From: a virus
Taxonomy: Duplodnaviria > Caudoviricetes
Virus record (IMG/VR): IMGVR_UViG_3300026546_000005
Span: 1 to 56,973 of that record
DNA length: 56,973 nucleotides
Strand: one strand, 5' to 3'
This document shows, piece after piece, positions 20,622-30,878 of this stretch (the stretch's first letter is position 1; the number at the start of each line of letters is the position of its first letter). The notes beneath the pieces are model-generated. The model did not search any database and was not told the DNA's origin. It saw only the letters and a program-made list of their open reading frames with translations. A program made the position numbers and the translations under genes.

Positions 20622-21560
20622 ATGGCAAAAAAGAATATTATTGACGAAAAAGTAGCTGAAGAATTTATTAAAAGCTATTTACAACCAGAACAAGAAGAAG
20701 TAAATCAAGCTGAAACAAAGGAATTTAAAGATACTAAATGGCATGATTTACCATTAATTTCATTACCTTTAGGTAAATTATATCATCCAGGATATAGATT
20801 TGAATTTAGAGCAGCTGAATTAGCTGAAATACAACATTATTCAACAATTGATAATAATAATATTTTAGATATTAGAAACAAATTAAATGATATTTTAAAA
20901 GCATGTTTAAAAGTAACATTACCAAATAATAAACCTGGGTCATTTAGAGATTTAAAATTAGGTGATAGATTATATGTAATATACACAATTAGAGAAATAA
21001 CATTTCAAAAAGGAAAAGTATTATCAATGCCTGTTACATGCACAAATGAAAAATGTAAACATGAATTTGATATTGAATTAATACGAATGAATATTGAAAT
21101 ATATGATAATAATGAAGAAATTTGGAATTTTTATCGTCCAGAATATCAGGCGTTTGTATTTGAAACTACTATAAGTGATGATCCTGTTATAATATCATTA
21201 CCAACAATTGGAATCCAAGAATCTTTTAATGATTGGATATTAGATAAAGAATATAAAAATGAAGAAATAGATGAATCATTTGTTAAAATTGCACCATATT
21301 TAATTAATAAAAATGATTTAACAACTGAAGAAATTGATGAATTTAAAGAAAGAATGACAAACTTAACAATAGAAGAATTTGAATTTATAAATGATGTAGT
21401 TGATCGTTTTAAAAATAAAGATTTTAAAATAGGAATAAAAGGATTAGTTAAAAAATGTCCAAAGTGTGGCCAGGAGGTCCGCACATCTGCCGTGTTTCCC
21501 GAACGAGCATCAGATATATTCATTATTCCAAATGCCTTTGAACAATATCTTAAAAAATAA
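20622..21560 (+). CDS. Baseplate hub assembly / tail assembly chaperone (T4 gp26-like)
   Basis: L...DR.Y....IR..T, CxxxxC and CxxC motifs; downstream of the tail tubes. Confidence 0.6.
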   Translation: MAKKNIIDEKVAEEFIKSYLQPEQEEVNQAETKEFKDTKWHDLPLISLPLGKLYHPGYRFEFRAAELAEIQHYSTIDNNNILDIRNKLNDILKACLKVTLPNNKPGSFRDLKLGDRLYVIYTIREITFQKGKVLSMPVTCTNEKCKHEFDIELIRMNIEIYDNNEEIWNFYRPEYQAFVFETTISDDPVIISLPTIGIQESFNDWILDKEYKNEEIDESFVKIAPYLINKNDLTTEEIDEFKERMTNLTIEEFEFINDVVDRFKNKDFKIGIKGLVKKCPKCGQEVRTSAVFPERASDIFIIPNAFEQYLKK

Positions 21561-21567
21561 AATTTTA

Positions 21568-21729
21568 ATGTATAGGGATCCATGGAATTTATCAGATGAA
21601 ACAATAAATAAATGGCCATACTGGTTATTTGAAGAAAATATTAAAATAATTAATTCTTTAAATGAAGAAGGTGATTCTATTAATTTAGCAGATCCAAATT
21701 TACAGGGTCCATTACAAAATTATACATAA
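21568..21729 (+). CDS. Small baseplate/tail assembly chaperone partner (gp51-like)
   Basis: ATG 7 nt after the upstream stop; W.LS...I..WP.W pattern. Confidence 0.45.
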   Translation: MYRDPWNLSDETINKWPYWLFEENIKIINSLNEEGDSINLADPNLQGPLQNYT

Positions 21730-21731
21730 GT

Positions 21732-22151
21732 TTACATACCAGGTATTTTATCAATATGATTAATTACAAATAATTTACCTAATCCAATTGTGAAAAAATA
21801 GTCTACTTCGTGAACATAACTTGATTCATAATCATAACGATATAGTGGAAGATTAAAATATATTGTAAACGATTTATCTAAATTATCCAATAAATATTTA
21901 AATCTTTTTTCATTAAAATTATGCCCAAATGAATTATAAAAATCTTTATAATGATCAACTAGTTTCAAGTATAAAGAATCTAGTTCATCATATAAATTTA
22001 ATATGATACTAGATTCTTCACCTTGGATTGATATTTGATTTAAGGTTATGAGATACTTTTCCCAAACATTATAAATACTATTTTTATACACTTGCTTCAT
22101 ATCCGCATATTTCACATACATAATAATCTTTATGACTGTCGTGTCCTTCAT
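21732..22151 (-). CDS. Hypothetical protein
   Basis: ORF in a minus-strand operon; true start is probably a downstream Met. Confidence 0.5.
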   Translation of the reverse strand: MKDTTVIKIIMYVKYADMKQVYKNSIYNVWEKYLITLNQISIQGEESSIILNLYDELDSLYLKLVDHYKDFYNSFGHNFNEKRFKYLLDNLDKSFTIYFNLPLYRYDYESSYVHEVDYFFTIGLGKLFVINHIDKIPGM

Positions 22152-22401
22152 ATTTTAATGCATCACTTCCATCTTCATGTTTATGTGAACATTTTTGTTG
22201 TATTTCATTCACAACACGTTGTAATGCATGATAATGTCTTGAATATATTTTTTCTTTTTGTTTTAACACCTTTTTAATTTTTTTATATTCTTTATCAGAT
22301 AATACATTGTTAACATGTAATAATCTAACGCTTTCATATGCTCTTGATATAAGCACTGAATTATTATGTAAATCTTTTAATTCTTGAATTTCTTGAATCA
22401 T
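22084..22401 (-). CDS. Hypothetical protein with C-terminal Zn finger
   Basis: CxH...CxxC. Confidence 0.55.
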   Translation of the reverse strand: MIQEIQELKDLHNNSVLISRAYESVRLLHVNNVLSDKEYKKIKKVLKQKEKIYSRHYHALQRVVNEIQQKCSHKHEDGSDALKYEGHDSHKDYYVCEICGYEASV

Positions 22402-22406
22402 AATAT

Positions 22407-23459
22407 TTAATATTTAAGATCTTTTTCTAATTTATTACTTATTAATACACTATAAATTAATTTTATAGCTGCTTTAACATCTTTTTTATGAACATGTTCA
22501 GTTGTCGTATGCATATATCTAACAGGAGCACTAAATAAAGCAGATGGAATTCCTAACGGATACGCATAACTATCAGTGTTTGTTCCTGTTCCTCTGCCAC
22601 TAGTTTCAAGTTGGTATTTAATTTTCTTTTCTTTTGCAACTTCTTTAATAATTTTAAAAAGTTTTTTATGCACAGACGGCGCATTAGTAATTGCAATTCC
22701 TTTACCAGCTTCAGTAGAACCTAATTTATTAGAATCATATGCAGGGCTTTTTGTGCAATGTGTAACATCAAATGCTAATGCAATATCTGGTTTAATTTTA
22801 TTTAAAGCCATTTTAGCGCCATATAATCCAACTTCTTCCTGAACACTATTTACAATTACTAATTTAAATGGCAATTGAACTTTATTTTCATATAATTTGC
22901 GTAATACCATTGCATTAATATATCCACCAATTTTATCATCCAATGATTTACCAACATAGTAATTTCCATTTATGCTAAATTGAGCATTCATAGTTATTGG
23001 ATTACCAATTTCAATGCCTGCTTTAATTACATCTTCTTTTGAATCTAATCCAATATCAATAAATAATTTATCTAATTCAACTTTAAAATTCTCTTGAATA
23101 TGTATTGCAGGATGTCCAAACACACCTTCAATTGCACTAGTTTCAGTCCATATTGTTACCCTTGCTGCAGGCGTTATATTAATATCACTACCACCAAGAC
23201 AACTTACTTTTATAAATCCATTTGAATCAATATCATTAACAACAAATCCAATTTCATCTGCGTGTGCATCTAATAATACAACAAAATCTGAATCTTCTTT
23301 TCCAAAATACGCATATGCATTTCCATATGAATCTACTTCAACTGAATTTGCGTATTCTTTAACGTAATTAATCCATGTTTTTTGTCCACCTAATTCCATT
23401 TCATATCCTGACGGTGAAATATCATTAAGATATCTTGTTAAAAAATCTAAATCTTTCAT
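22407..23459 (-). CDS. M42-family (M20/M25/M40 clan) metallo-aminopeptidase
   Basis: SPSGYE, DAHADEIG, LDDK, VQEEVGL, DVTH, RYMHT motifs. Confidence 0.9.
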   Translation of the reverse strand: MKDLDFLTRYLNDISPSGYEMELGGQKTWINYVKEYANSVEVDSYGNAYAYFGKEDSDFVVLLDAHADEIGFVVNDIDSNGFIKVSCLGGSDINITPAARVTIWTETSAIEGVFGHPAIHIQENFKVELDKLFIDIGLDSKEDVIKAGIEIGNPITMNAQFSINGNYYVGKSLDDKIGGYINAMVLRKLYENKVQLPFKLVIVNSVQEEVGLYGAKMALNKIKPDIALAFDVTHCTKSPAYDSNKLGSTEAGKGIAITNAPSVHKKLFKIIKEVAKEKKIKYQLETSGRGTGTNTDSYAYPLGIPSALFSAPVRYMHTTTEHVHKKDVKAAIKLIYSVLISNKLEKDLKY

Positions 23460-24035
23460 TTATTTTATATTTAAAAAATTAATAATTTCACTTAATATTA
23501 AATTTATATCAACTAAAGATGAATTTTTAATGTAATAGTTATTTAAATTAATTTTTAATTTATTTGATATTGTAGATTTATCCACTTCAGTTGAAAATTT
23601 ATTTACTATATTATAATATGTTTTTTCTGTCATTTCACCAAGTCCTTTTTTATCATCTCTTAATTTCCACATATTATAATTAGTATCATACAAATATATC
23701 AAAAATAATTTAATATTAAAATCTTTAAAAACACTTAAATATCTTTTTTCAATTTCCCAAATATTATTATTATAATAATTTCTATACAATGGACCCCAAA
23801 CATTCTCGCCAATGTGAGATCTATCAATTATATAATTTTTATTTGATAATAATATATTCTGAAACATTTCAACAAATGTTTCTTGTTGAAATGTTTCAGC
23901 TGAATTTTTTAAATTTTTAGGTGGTTTTCCATAATGTAAAACATGAAATATTAAATCATAGTTATCTATTATTTTTTCTACTAACGTAGATTTAAGAACT
24001 TTATCAGGACCTTCTAATATAATTACATAACTCAT
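23460..24035 (-). CDS. Thymidylate/dNMP kinase-like protein
   Basis: IILEGPDKVLKST P-loop, IIDRSHIGE.V.G. Confidence 0.75.
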   Translation of the reverse strand: MSYVIILEGPDKVLKSTLVEKIIDNYDLIFHVLHYGKPPKNLKNSAETFQQETFVEMFQNILLSNKNYIIDRSHIGENVWGPLYRNYYNNNIWEIEKRYLSVFKDFNIKLFLIYLYDTNYNMWKLRDDKKGLGEMTEKTYYNIVNKFSTEVDKSTISNKLKINLNNYYIKNSSLVDINLILSEIINFLNIK

Positions 24036-25447
24036 TTAACAACTAACTCATTATTTTTATTATACTTATATTTTTTAACTGGAACTTGTTTACCAGTTTC
24101 GCTTAAATATTCAATTGTTTTATTTTCTAATTCTCCAATTCCTAATGCTGGTATTTTTCCTTCTTCTTCTAATTTTACAAGATCTCTTGCATATTCTTCA
24201 CTTACTAATTCGGTATAAATATCATATATTGATTTTTGATTAGGATTTTTACCTACATTAAATATTAATTCAATTGTTTCAGGAATAATTTTATCTGCAT
24301 TAAATTCATTTTGAATTAATTCATATGATGTATCTAAATACTTCTGCATTTCAGATTTATTATTAGATAAATCAATTAAATATTTTGCTAATTCTGGAAT
24401 ATCACTTCCATCTGTATAAATTGCAGAATATGGAATATCAACATATTTTGTACCATCAGTAATTGTATTATATTGTGCCCAATGTAAATCAAATATTGGA
24501 ATTGTACCTGCTCCAATTATTTCAATTTGTGTGTATTCCATTCTATTTCCATAATTTTCAGGTTTTTTAGGTAAACTAAAAAATGACGATGCAAACATGT
24601 GTGATGCAACTAAATCAATACCAACATTTCTTGCAACTGGACCATATACACATACTTCACCTTGTTCTTCATTCACCTTTGTTCCATTAGTATTAACATA
24701 TATTGCTTTTTCATAGTCTAAAATATCAACCTTTGCACCAATAGAACGTTCAATGCCATAAACTTCATTATGCCAAGTATTATCTAATTGTTTTGTTGCA
24801 GCCATTAAATCAATTGATCTACGAACATTCTTTAACGAAGACCATCTCGTAACGCTTATAATTCCCTTTGTTTTATTGTCTTTATATTTTAAACGCCAAG
24901 TATTTAAATCATCTAAATTTATCCATAAAATATATTTAAATAATCGTTTATTTATTTTTTGAATATTTAATTTATCAATTGTTTTTGAAAACCATGTATC
25001 AGTATCAAAATGAAATACTATATCAGCATTATATAAAACTGGAATTAAATATGTAAGTTTATCAATATTAACTTTATGTATTTCATGTATATAAATAGCT
25101 TTTATTGGCTTTTGTATTTTCATATAAAAGTTATGATAAAAATCATATTGAACTTTGTGTGGAAATTTAAAATTTGGATAATTGTTAAATATTACAATGT
25201 CATATTTTTCATTAATTTTTTTTGCTGTTTCTAAAAATTCATCTTCTGAAAAATAAAATAAATTTTTAATTTCGTGAGATTTAGATCGTGCATATTTTTT
25301 AAAACTTAATGCATACATGTCAACTGTTGCACCTGTTTTATCTGCCCATAATTCTAATTCTACGCCACCGCGTGTAACTCCGCAACCTTCTATTCCTTGT
25401 CCATATATAGTTGCAATTTTTAAATTTTTAAAATCTTTCATAATCAT
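24032..25447 (-). CDS. DNA glycosyltransferase, T4 alpha-glucosyltransferase-like
   Basis: GIEGCGVT N-terminus and EYTxxE..xGTIPxF C-terminal motif match my recollection of T4 Agt. Confidence 0.75.
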   Translation of the reverse strand: MIMKDFKNLKIATIYGQGIEGCGVTRGGVELELWADKTGATVDMYALSFKKYARSKSHEIKNLFYFSEDEFLETAKKINEKYDIVIFNNYPNFKFPHKVQYDFYHNFYMKIQKPIKAIYIHEIHKVNIDKLTYLIPVLYNADIVFHFDTDTWFSKTIDKLNIQKINKRLFKYILWINLDDLNTWRLKYKDNKTKGIISVTRWSSLKNVRRSIDLMAATKQLDNTWHNEVYGIERSIGAKVDILDYEKAIYVNTNGTKVNEEQGEVCVYGPVARNVGIDLVASHMFASSFFSLPKKPENYGNRMEYTQIEIIGAGTIPIFDLHWAQYNTITDGTKYVDIPYSAIYTDGSDIPELAKYLIDLSNNKSEMQKYLDTSYELIQNEFNADKIIPETIELIFNVGKNPNQKSIYDIYTELVSEEYARDLVKLEEEGKIPALGIGELENKTIEYLSETGKQVPVKKYKYNKNNELVVK

Positions 25448-25965
25448 TATATTTTTATTTTTTCAGTTTTTTCTTTATTTTTATTATTTTCAAATATTAT
25501 TTTATCTTCAACACTAATATTATTGTTTTTTGAATTCATTATTCTATTTCTTAAACGTGTCGTACTATAATTATGATCACGTTTATTATAAATTATTTTA
25601 ACACCTTCAATATCCCATCCAGTATGTTTAGTTCCTTTATATTCTTCACCAACAAATCTAATATCAGGTTTTATTATTTTAATCATATTTTCTAAATCTT
25701 CTTCAGTTGAAAAAGGAATTATCATATCAATATACTTAACTGATGACATTCTAATCCATCTTTCAAACAATGATTCAACTGGTTTATTTTTAATTTCTGG
25801 ACGATCAATTGTTGGATCTGATAATAATCCAAATACAACAAAATCGCATGAAGATTTTAATTCTTCAAGCATTATTAATAATCCACTATGACCTAAATCT
25901 GCTGTACTTGCAGTAAAACCAATAATTTTACCTTCTTCTTTTAATTTTTTAATTTTATCTAACAT
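25447..25965 (-). CDS. Cytidylyltransferase (TagD/glycerol-3-P CTase-like)
   Basis: GFTAS.ADL.H.G, DPTIDRP..KNKPV.S..ER, R.HNYSTT.LR. Confidence 0.8.
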   Translation of the reverse strand: MLDKIKKLKEEGKIIGFTASTADLGHSGLLIMLEELKSSCDFVVFGLLSDPTIDRPEIKNKPVESLFERWIRMSSVKYIDMIIPFSTEEDLENMIKIIKPDIRFVGEEYKGTKHTGWDIEGVKIIYNKRDHNYSTTRLRNRIMNSKNNNISVEDKIIFENNKNKEKTEKIKI

Positions 25966-25990
25966 TGTAATATTTTATTTTTTTATAACA

Positions 25991-27052
25991 TTAAACGAAT
26001 TCTTGTTTAAATTTTGATATTAAATTTTTAGTAATTTCAATATATTCATTTTTTATATTTTTATCTGGAATATATTTTATAACTCTAATCCATTGCGTAA
26101 TTTCTAATAATTTTAAAATTAAAGCATCTTCTCCACTTTTTATCCATCCATTTAAAAACACTTCGTATTCAAACATTCTATTATATTTTCTGTATGAATG
26201 CAACATTTTAGTTATATCTAATAAATATGATGACCAACTATCTTTTTTATAAATTGGATCAATAAAGAACAATCCATTATCTGTTTGAATTAAATTTTCT
26301 ATTGACATGTCACCATGCATAAACGTACATCTATCATTACAATAATCAACAATGTATTGTTTTGATAACATTGTAATTATTTCATCAAACATTTTATTAT
26401 AATCAACATGCACTTGCATTCTATCTATATATGTTTCAAACTTTACATTAGTTTTATATAATGAAAATTTTTCAATTGCGCTATTAACTTCATCTATTTT
26501 AAAATAATGACCATTATCAACTAAATATTCTAAACATAGTGTTTTACCTACTAGTGAATGTACAATTGGTGTATTCACTAAAGGTGATGCCATTTTATAC
26601 CATTCAGCAACACTAAATGAATCATGATGTGTTTTATAAATTCTATCTCCACGTTTTTCAACTTTTGCGCCAGACCAACCAGTTTTTATTTCTTTTATTT
26701 CTAATTCCATAAAATCTTCAGGTGTAATAGATTTATCATCTAAATACATTGCAGCTAAATATTTATTAAACGATAATTTATGATATTTAACATGATATTT
26801 ACTTAACCATGTTTCAATTAATTTTCTATATTTTTTATCAGCTGCGTCAGTATCACCATCACATGATAATTGACCACGTGCAGTTATAATTAAAATTTGC
26901 CATCCTTTATCATATAAATTATTAATTTTATTAATAATTTGCCAATTTGGCTCTGCATTTTCCCAATCACGAACTGTAGTTAAACTTAATGTATCATCAA
27001 AATCAACTGCAATAGTTTTATAACTTAATGATGTATTATAATCTAGTTTCAT
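25991..27052 (-). CDS. HAD phosphatase fused to an APH/choline-kinase-like phosphotransferase
   Basis: DFDDT, TARG, YLDDK (HAD); GWSGA, HGDMSIEN, FIDP (kinase). Confidence 0.8.
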   Translation of the reverse strand: MKLDYNTSLSYKTIAVDFDDTLSLTTVRDWENAEPNWQIINKINNLYDKGWQILIITARGQLSCDGDTDAADKKYRKLIETWLSKYHVKYHKLSFNKYLAAMYLDDKSITPEDFMELEIKEIKTGWSGAKVEKRGDRIYKTHHDSFSVAEWYKMASPLVNTPIVHSLVGKTLCLEYLVDNGHYFKIDEVNSAIEKFSLYKTNVKFETYIDRMQVHVDYNKMFDEIITMLSKQYIVDYCNDRCTFMHGDMSIENLIQTDNGLFFIDPIYKKDSWSSYLLDITKMLHSYRKYNRMFEYEVFLNGWIKSGEDALILKLLEITQWIRVIKYIPDKNIKNEYIEITKNLISKFKQEFV

Positions 27053-27618
27053 AATAAATATTTTATTTTTTGTAATTCAATCAATTGATTTTCTTTTAAT
27101 TGTTTATTTCTGCCATATCTTAAATAGGATGGATGATAAAAATTAATTATTTTTATATTTTCAAATAATTCTGTATTTTTATATTCATTTATTACTTTTT
27201 TTGCAACTGAACTAAATGTTATTATTAAAGATGGTTTAATTAATTCAATTTGTTGTATTAAATATGGAGAACAATTTTTTATTTCATCATTTAATAATGC
27301 TGAATTTTTAGGAGAACTACATTTACATAAGTTTGTAAAAAACATATATTTTTTTATTATATCATTTCCTATATGTTCTCTTATATATGTTCCAAATCTA
27401 CTTTTCCACCACAATTCCCTATATTTTAAAATATATTCATCTTTACTTTCAATTGTGTTTTTATATTCTAAACCTGGATTTTGTCCAATTATAAATAATT
27501 TTAATTTATCAATATTATTATAATAAACGTGCGGCGCTGGATATAACATTAATGATCTTAATCTTGAACACTTATTACATTGTAATATATTATTTTCTAA
27601 TATTTTAAAATTATCCAT
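27049..27618 (-). CDS. Uracil-DNA glycosylase family 4/5-like
   Basis: CxxC, GQNPG, TNLCKC, C.PYL..QI, YHPSY. Confidence 0.8.
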   Translation of the reverse strand: MDNFKILENNILQCNKCSRLRSLMLYPAPHVYYNNIDKLKLFIIGQNPGLEYKNTIESKDEYILKYRELWWKSRFGTYIREHIGNDIIKKYMFFTNLCKCSSPKNSALLNDEIKNCSPYLIQQIELIKPSLIITFSSVAKKVINEYKNTELFENIKIINFYHPSYLRYGRNKQLKENQLIELQKIKYLL

Positions 27619-27679
27619 GTATAAAAATTAATATTAATTCAATAGTTATATGAAAGTTATATAATTTGTTTTGATTTGT

Positions 27680-28783
27680 TTAATATTTAATTGTAGTTCC
27701 AAATGGTGCTTCTTTATTTGATACACTTATCCATAAGGTTTTAAATGGAGGTTCTTCATTAGGAAATGTTGCATGTAAATCACTAAAAAATACTAATCCA
27801 TTACAATCACCTTGATCAATTAAATACTTAAAAGTATCTCTAAAATCAGTTCCACCTCCTCCTTTTAATTCAAAATCTAATGCATCTTGTAAAGTATGAA
27901 CTTTTTTAACATTTTGTAATCTAGCATCTACAGCTAATAATGTCATATCAACTCGATCAAAATTAGATAATATTGCATATGTTTCTGTCATAAATGCAGT
28001 TAATATTTTTTTACCAATACTTCCAGACGTATCAATTGCAACATAAATTTTAACAATATCACCAGCGAATTGTGGTAAAAAAAATGGAGTTTGTAAAAAT
28101 CGTCTATCCCTATTTGTAAAATCCCAATCAGATGGAAATGATTGAACAAATTCTTTTAATAATAAACGCCAATCAACCTTTGGATATAATAAATCATGTA
28201 TTTCACGTCTTAACCCTGCTGGCATGTCACCTTTAGACTCAGCAATACTTGTTGCATATGTAATTATTTCATTTATTCTATCTACATCTTCAGCAGTTAA
28301 TACTTCATCATCTTGAAGTAAATCAAATAATATTGAATCTTCTTGACTACTTGAATTATAATTATCTGATGGTAATTTATTATAAACTTGTTCAACTGAC
28401 ATATTATTATATTGAGTATCAGTTTTTATAAATGATGGTAATCTAAGTTTACCATTAGATTTACGTGATTCTTCTCTAATTATTAAATTAATGACATAAT
28501 CACAAGCTTCATTCCATCTGTGTTTATCTCTGCCTTGCATACGTTTTTTGTGCAATAATGCAACATGTAAAATTTCATGCATTAATATTGCAGTAAATTC
28601 TTCTCTAGATAATTTTTTAACAAAATTTTGTTCAAAAAATATTTCTTTTCCATTAGTCCAAACATTTCTATTTGGATAATCTCGTTCTTGTATATTTAAA
28701 CTCATTGTGAGTGATCCAAAAAATGGAGACCACAATAACATATATGTTCTAGCGTATTCTAATTTACTATTAAAATCTGACAT
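27680..28783 (-). CDS. Metallopeptidase-like (HExxH) plus VWA domain protein (DUF2201-type)
   Basis: HEILH, DTSGSI MIDAS, GGGGTDF. Confidence 0.85.
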   Translation of the reverse strand: MSDFNSKLEYARTYMLLWSPFFGSLTMSLNIQERDYPNRNVWTNGKEIFFEQNFVKKLSREEFTAILMHEILHVALLHKKRMQGRDKHRWNEACDYVINLIIREESRKSNGKLRLPSFIKTDTQYNNMSVEQVYNKLPSDNYNSSSQEDSILFDLLQDDEVLTAEDVDRINEIITYATSIAESKGDMPAGLRREIHDLLYPKVDWRLLLKEFVQSFPSDWDFTNRDRRFLQTPFFLPQFAGDIVKIYVAIDTSGSIGKKILTAFMTETYAILSNFDRVDMTLLAVDARLQNVKKVHTLQDALDFELKGGGGTDFRDTFKYLIDQGDCNGLVFFSDLHATFPNEEPPFKTLWISVSNKEAPFGTTIKY

Positions 28784-29994
28784 TATTTTAAGACTTTTCT
28801 AATACTATTCATTAACTTTCTATTTTTACCCATATATAACATCATTTTTTTATCACTAATGACGCAATTTATTGCAAGTGCTTGCATTTCAGAACTTAAT
28901 TCATCTACTGCATTAATATAATTATCAATTTTTTCAGTATACTTATCTTTTAATTTATCATTATTTATCATTTTTAATAATCTACTTGATAATGTAATAA
29001 CATAAAAATATAATATATCTTGTCTATCATGTGTCCATGATTCACCAGTGTTTAAAACTTTATCTAAATCTGGTAATTCTTCTTTTAGTGTTAAAAATGC
29101 AAATAATTCTGCTGTTGCACCTGAACCAATTATAGAACTAACAAGTTTTTTAGTATCATTCACATTTAAATTATGTTCATCAGCATCATTTAATATAATA
29201 CTTGTCATTTCCCATGTTCTTGGTGTAGGAAATGCCCAATTACCAGCAGATGGAGCAACTTCTAACATATCTGGTTTAGTTTTAAGAAAAGCTAATACAC
29301 CTTCATGAAAATTATGTTCCATTCCATATTCAATATATTGATCTATTTCTGCTGTAACTTCAACATGTATTAATCTATTAGATAACGGCATTGGCATTTC
29401 ATATGTTGCACCTCTATCTTTCATTCTATTTCCAGCCATAATAACAGCAGTTCCTTCTGGTAATGGATGACCACCCATTTTTCTATCAAGCGCTATTTCA
29501 TATGCAACAACTTGATTTGACGCAACTGCAGTATTTATTTCATCAAAAAATAATAATACAGGTTTTTCTTCAGTACCTGTTGGCATAAATTCAGGAGGTA
29601 TAAATCTAAATCTTGATTCTAATGTAGTTCCTTCTAATTCAGATTTTAACGATTGTAATTTATTTTTTAATGATTCAGTATTTGGTATTGATAATGTTCC
29701 ATTCGATCTTGTACTAATATCATATAATTTTGTAATTAATTTATTTACAGTTTCTAATGTATCAATAGATATTTTATTATCATCTACATATGGAACACCT
29801 CTAACATCAACAGGGCTTAATGTACTTAAACGTATTTCTCTAACTTCATATCCTAATTCTTCACCAACTTCCTTTACAATTGATGATTTACCAACACCTG
29901 CACCACCCCATAACATAGGTGTTAAGTGTAAATTACTTTTTACATCTAATTCTAATGTTTTTTTAACAATTTTGATTGCTTCTTTTGGATTCAT
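28783..29994 (-). CDS. MoxR-like AAA+ ATPase
   Basis: GGAGVGKS, LFFDE, AGNR, NRLIH, PTPRTWE; coupled to the VWA gene. Confidence 0.85.
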   Translation of the reverse strand: MNPKEAIKIVKKTLELDVKSNLHLTPMLWGGAGVGKSSIVKEVGEELGYEVREIRLSTLSPVDVRGVPYVDDNKISIDTLETVNKLITKLYDISTRSNGTLSIPNTESLKNKLQSLKSELEGTTLESRFRFIPPEFMPTGTEEKPVLLFFDEINTAVASNQVVAYEIALDRKMGGHPLPEGTAVIMAGNRMKDRGATYEMPMPLSNRLIHVEVTAEIDQYIEYGMEHNFHEGVLAFLKTKPDMLEVAPSAGNWAFPTPRTWEMTSIILNDADEHNLNVNDTKKLVSSIIGSGATAELFAFLTLKEELPDLDKVLNTGESWTHDRQDILYFYVITLSSRLLKMINNDKLKDKYTEKIDNYINAVDELSSEMQALAINCVISDKKMMLYMGKNRKLMNSIRKVLK

Positions 29995-30061
29995 ATAAAT
30001 AAGTATTTAAAATTATCATTTACTTTTTATCAATACTTATATATGATTAAATTTATAATGT

Positions 30062-30646
30062 TTAATAAATAATTAATTTTTTAACAGCTTCTTCATTATT
30101 AGTATTAACAACAATAAATATAATTCCAGTAATTGAATTAAAATTTGTTTCTGTTGTGTTTGGATATAGTATTAATAATAATCGACCTGTTACATCATAC
30201 ATTTTTACTTCATTTATAATATCATCTGCTGTAACATATATTACTCTATTATTTTCTCTAACATTTATTTTAGATATAGGTGTTTTATAATCTTGCGTTG
30301 GTATATATATTCGTCCATAATAAATTGTATTTGCAACTAATTCTTCATTTCCTGCTGAATCAACCCAGTATGAAAAACGTTCATTTTCATAATGTTCAAC
30401 TCTATATGTTAAATACTCATTATTTAAACTATCATAGGAATAAAAATATATTTCTGTTTCTGTTTCAAACCATTTTCCATATAATTCCCAATTATTTAGA
30501 CTGTCTTTTTTATAAAAAAACGTATTTTGACCATTATACACAGCTTTAAGCGTAGCAGTATCATTAACATATGTTACTAAACTATCTAATTGTGCTGTAA
30601 CGTTATATGTTATAAATAATAATAAAAAAGTAATTAAATATTTCAT
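30062..30646 (-). CDS. Secreted protein with T9SS type A C-terminal sorting domain
   Basis: Sec signal ending TA-Q; C-terminal MYDVTGRLL...GIIFIVV...KKLII. Confidence 0.65.
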   Translation of the reverse strand: MKYLITFLLLFITYNVTAQLDSLVTYVNDTATLKAVYNGQNTFFYKKDSLNNWELYGKWFETETEIYFYSYDSLNNEYLTYRVEHYENERFSYWVDSAGNEELVANTIYYGRIYIPTQDYKTPISKINVRENNRVIYVTADDIINEVKMYDVTGRLLLILYPNTTETNFNSITGIIFIVVNTNNEEAVKKLIIY

Positions 30647-30694
30647 ATCATATATATTTTATTTAAAAATATTTTTTTATTTAAAAAAATGTAT

Positions 30695-30702
30695 TATATT
30701 TG
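30695..30702 (+). promoter_or_regulatory. TAnnTTTG promoter of tRNA operon 1
   Basis: TATATTTGTAAAAC, also found upstream of operon 2. Confidence 0.7.
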
Positions 30703-30739
30703 TAAAACAAACATAAAAAACTTTATATATATTATTGAT

Positions 30740-30817
30740 ATGAAAAATATAATTGTCCATATGAGTTCAAGTAGTTCGCACGTAAGTGTAGGCTATGATT
30801 ATGTGTTACTCATATAA
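30740..30817 (+). CDS. Attenuator leader peptide 1 MKNIIVHMSSSSSHVSVGYDYVLLI
   Basis: Ser/His/Val codon run matches the downstream tRNAs; lies between promoter and terminator. Confidence 0.85.
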   Translation: MKNIIVHMSSSSSHVSVGYDYVLLI

Positions 30818-30837
30818 GGATAATATAAAAATAATTT

Positions 30838-30878
30838 AAAAATCCCTTGGGTAACACACTCAAGGGATTTTTTATTTT
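30838..30878 (+). terminator. Attenuator terminator (3:4) of tRNA operon 1
   Basis: AAAATCCCTTGGGT/ACTCAAGGGATTTT hairpin plus T tract directly before the first tRNA. Confidence 0.85.
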
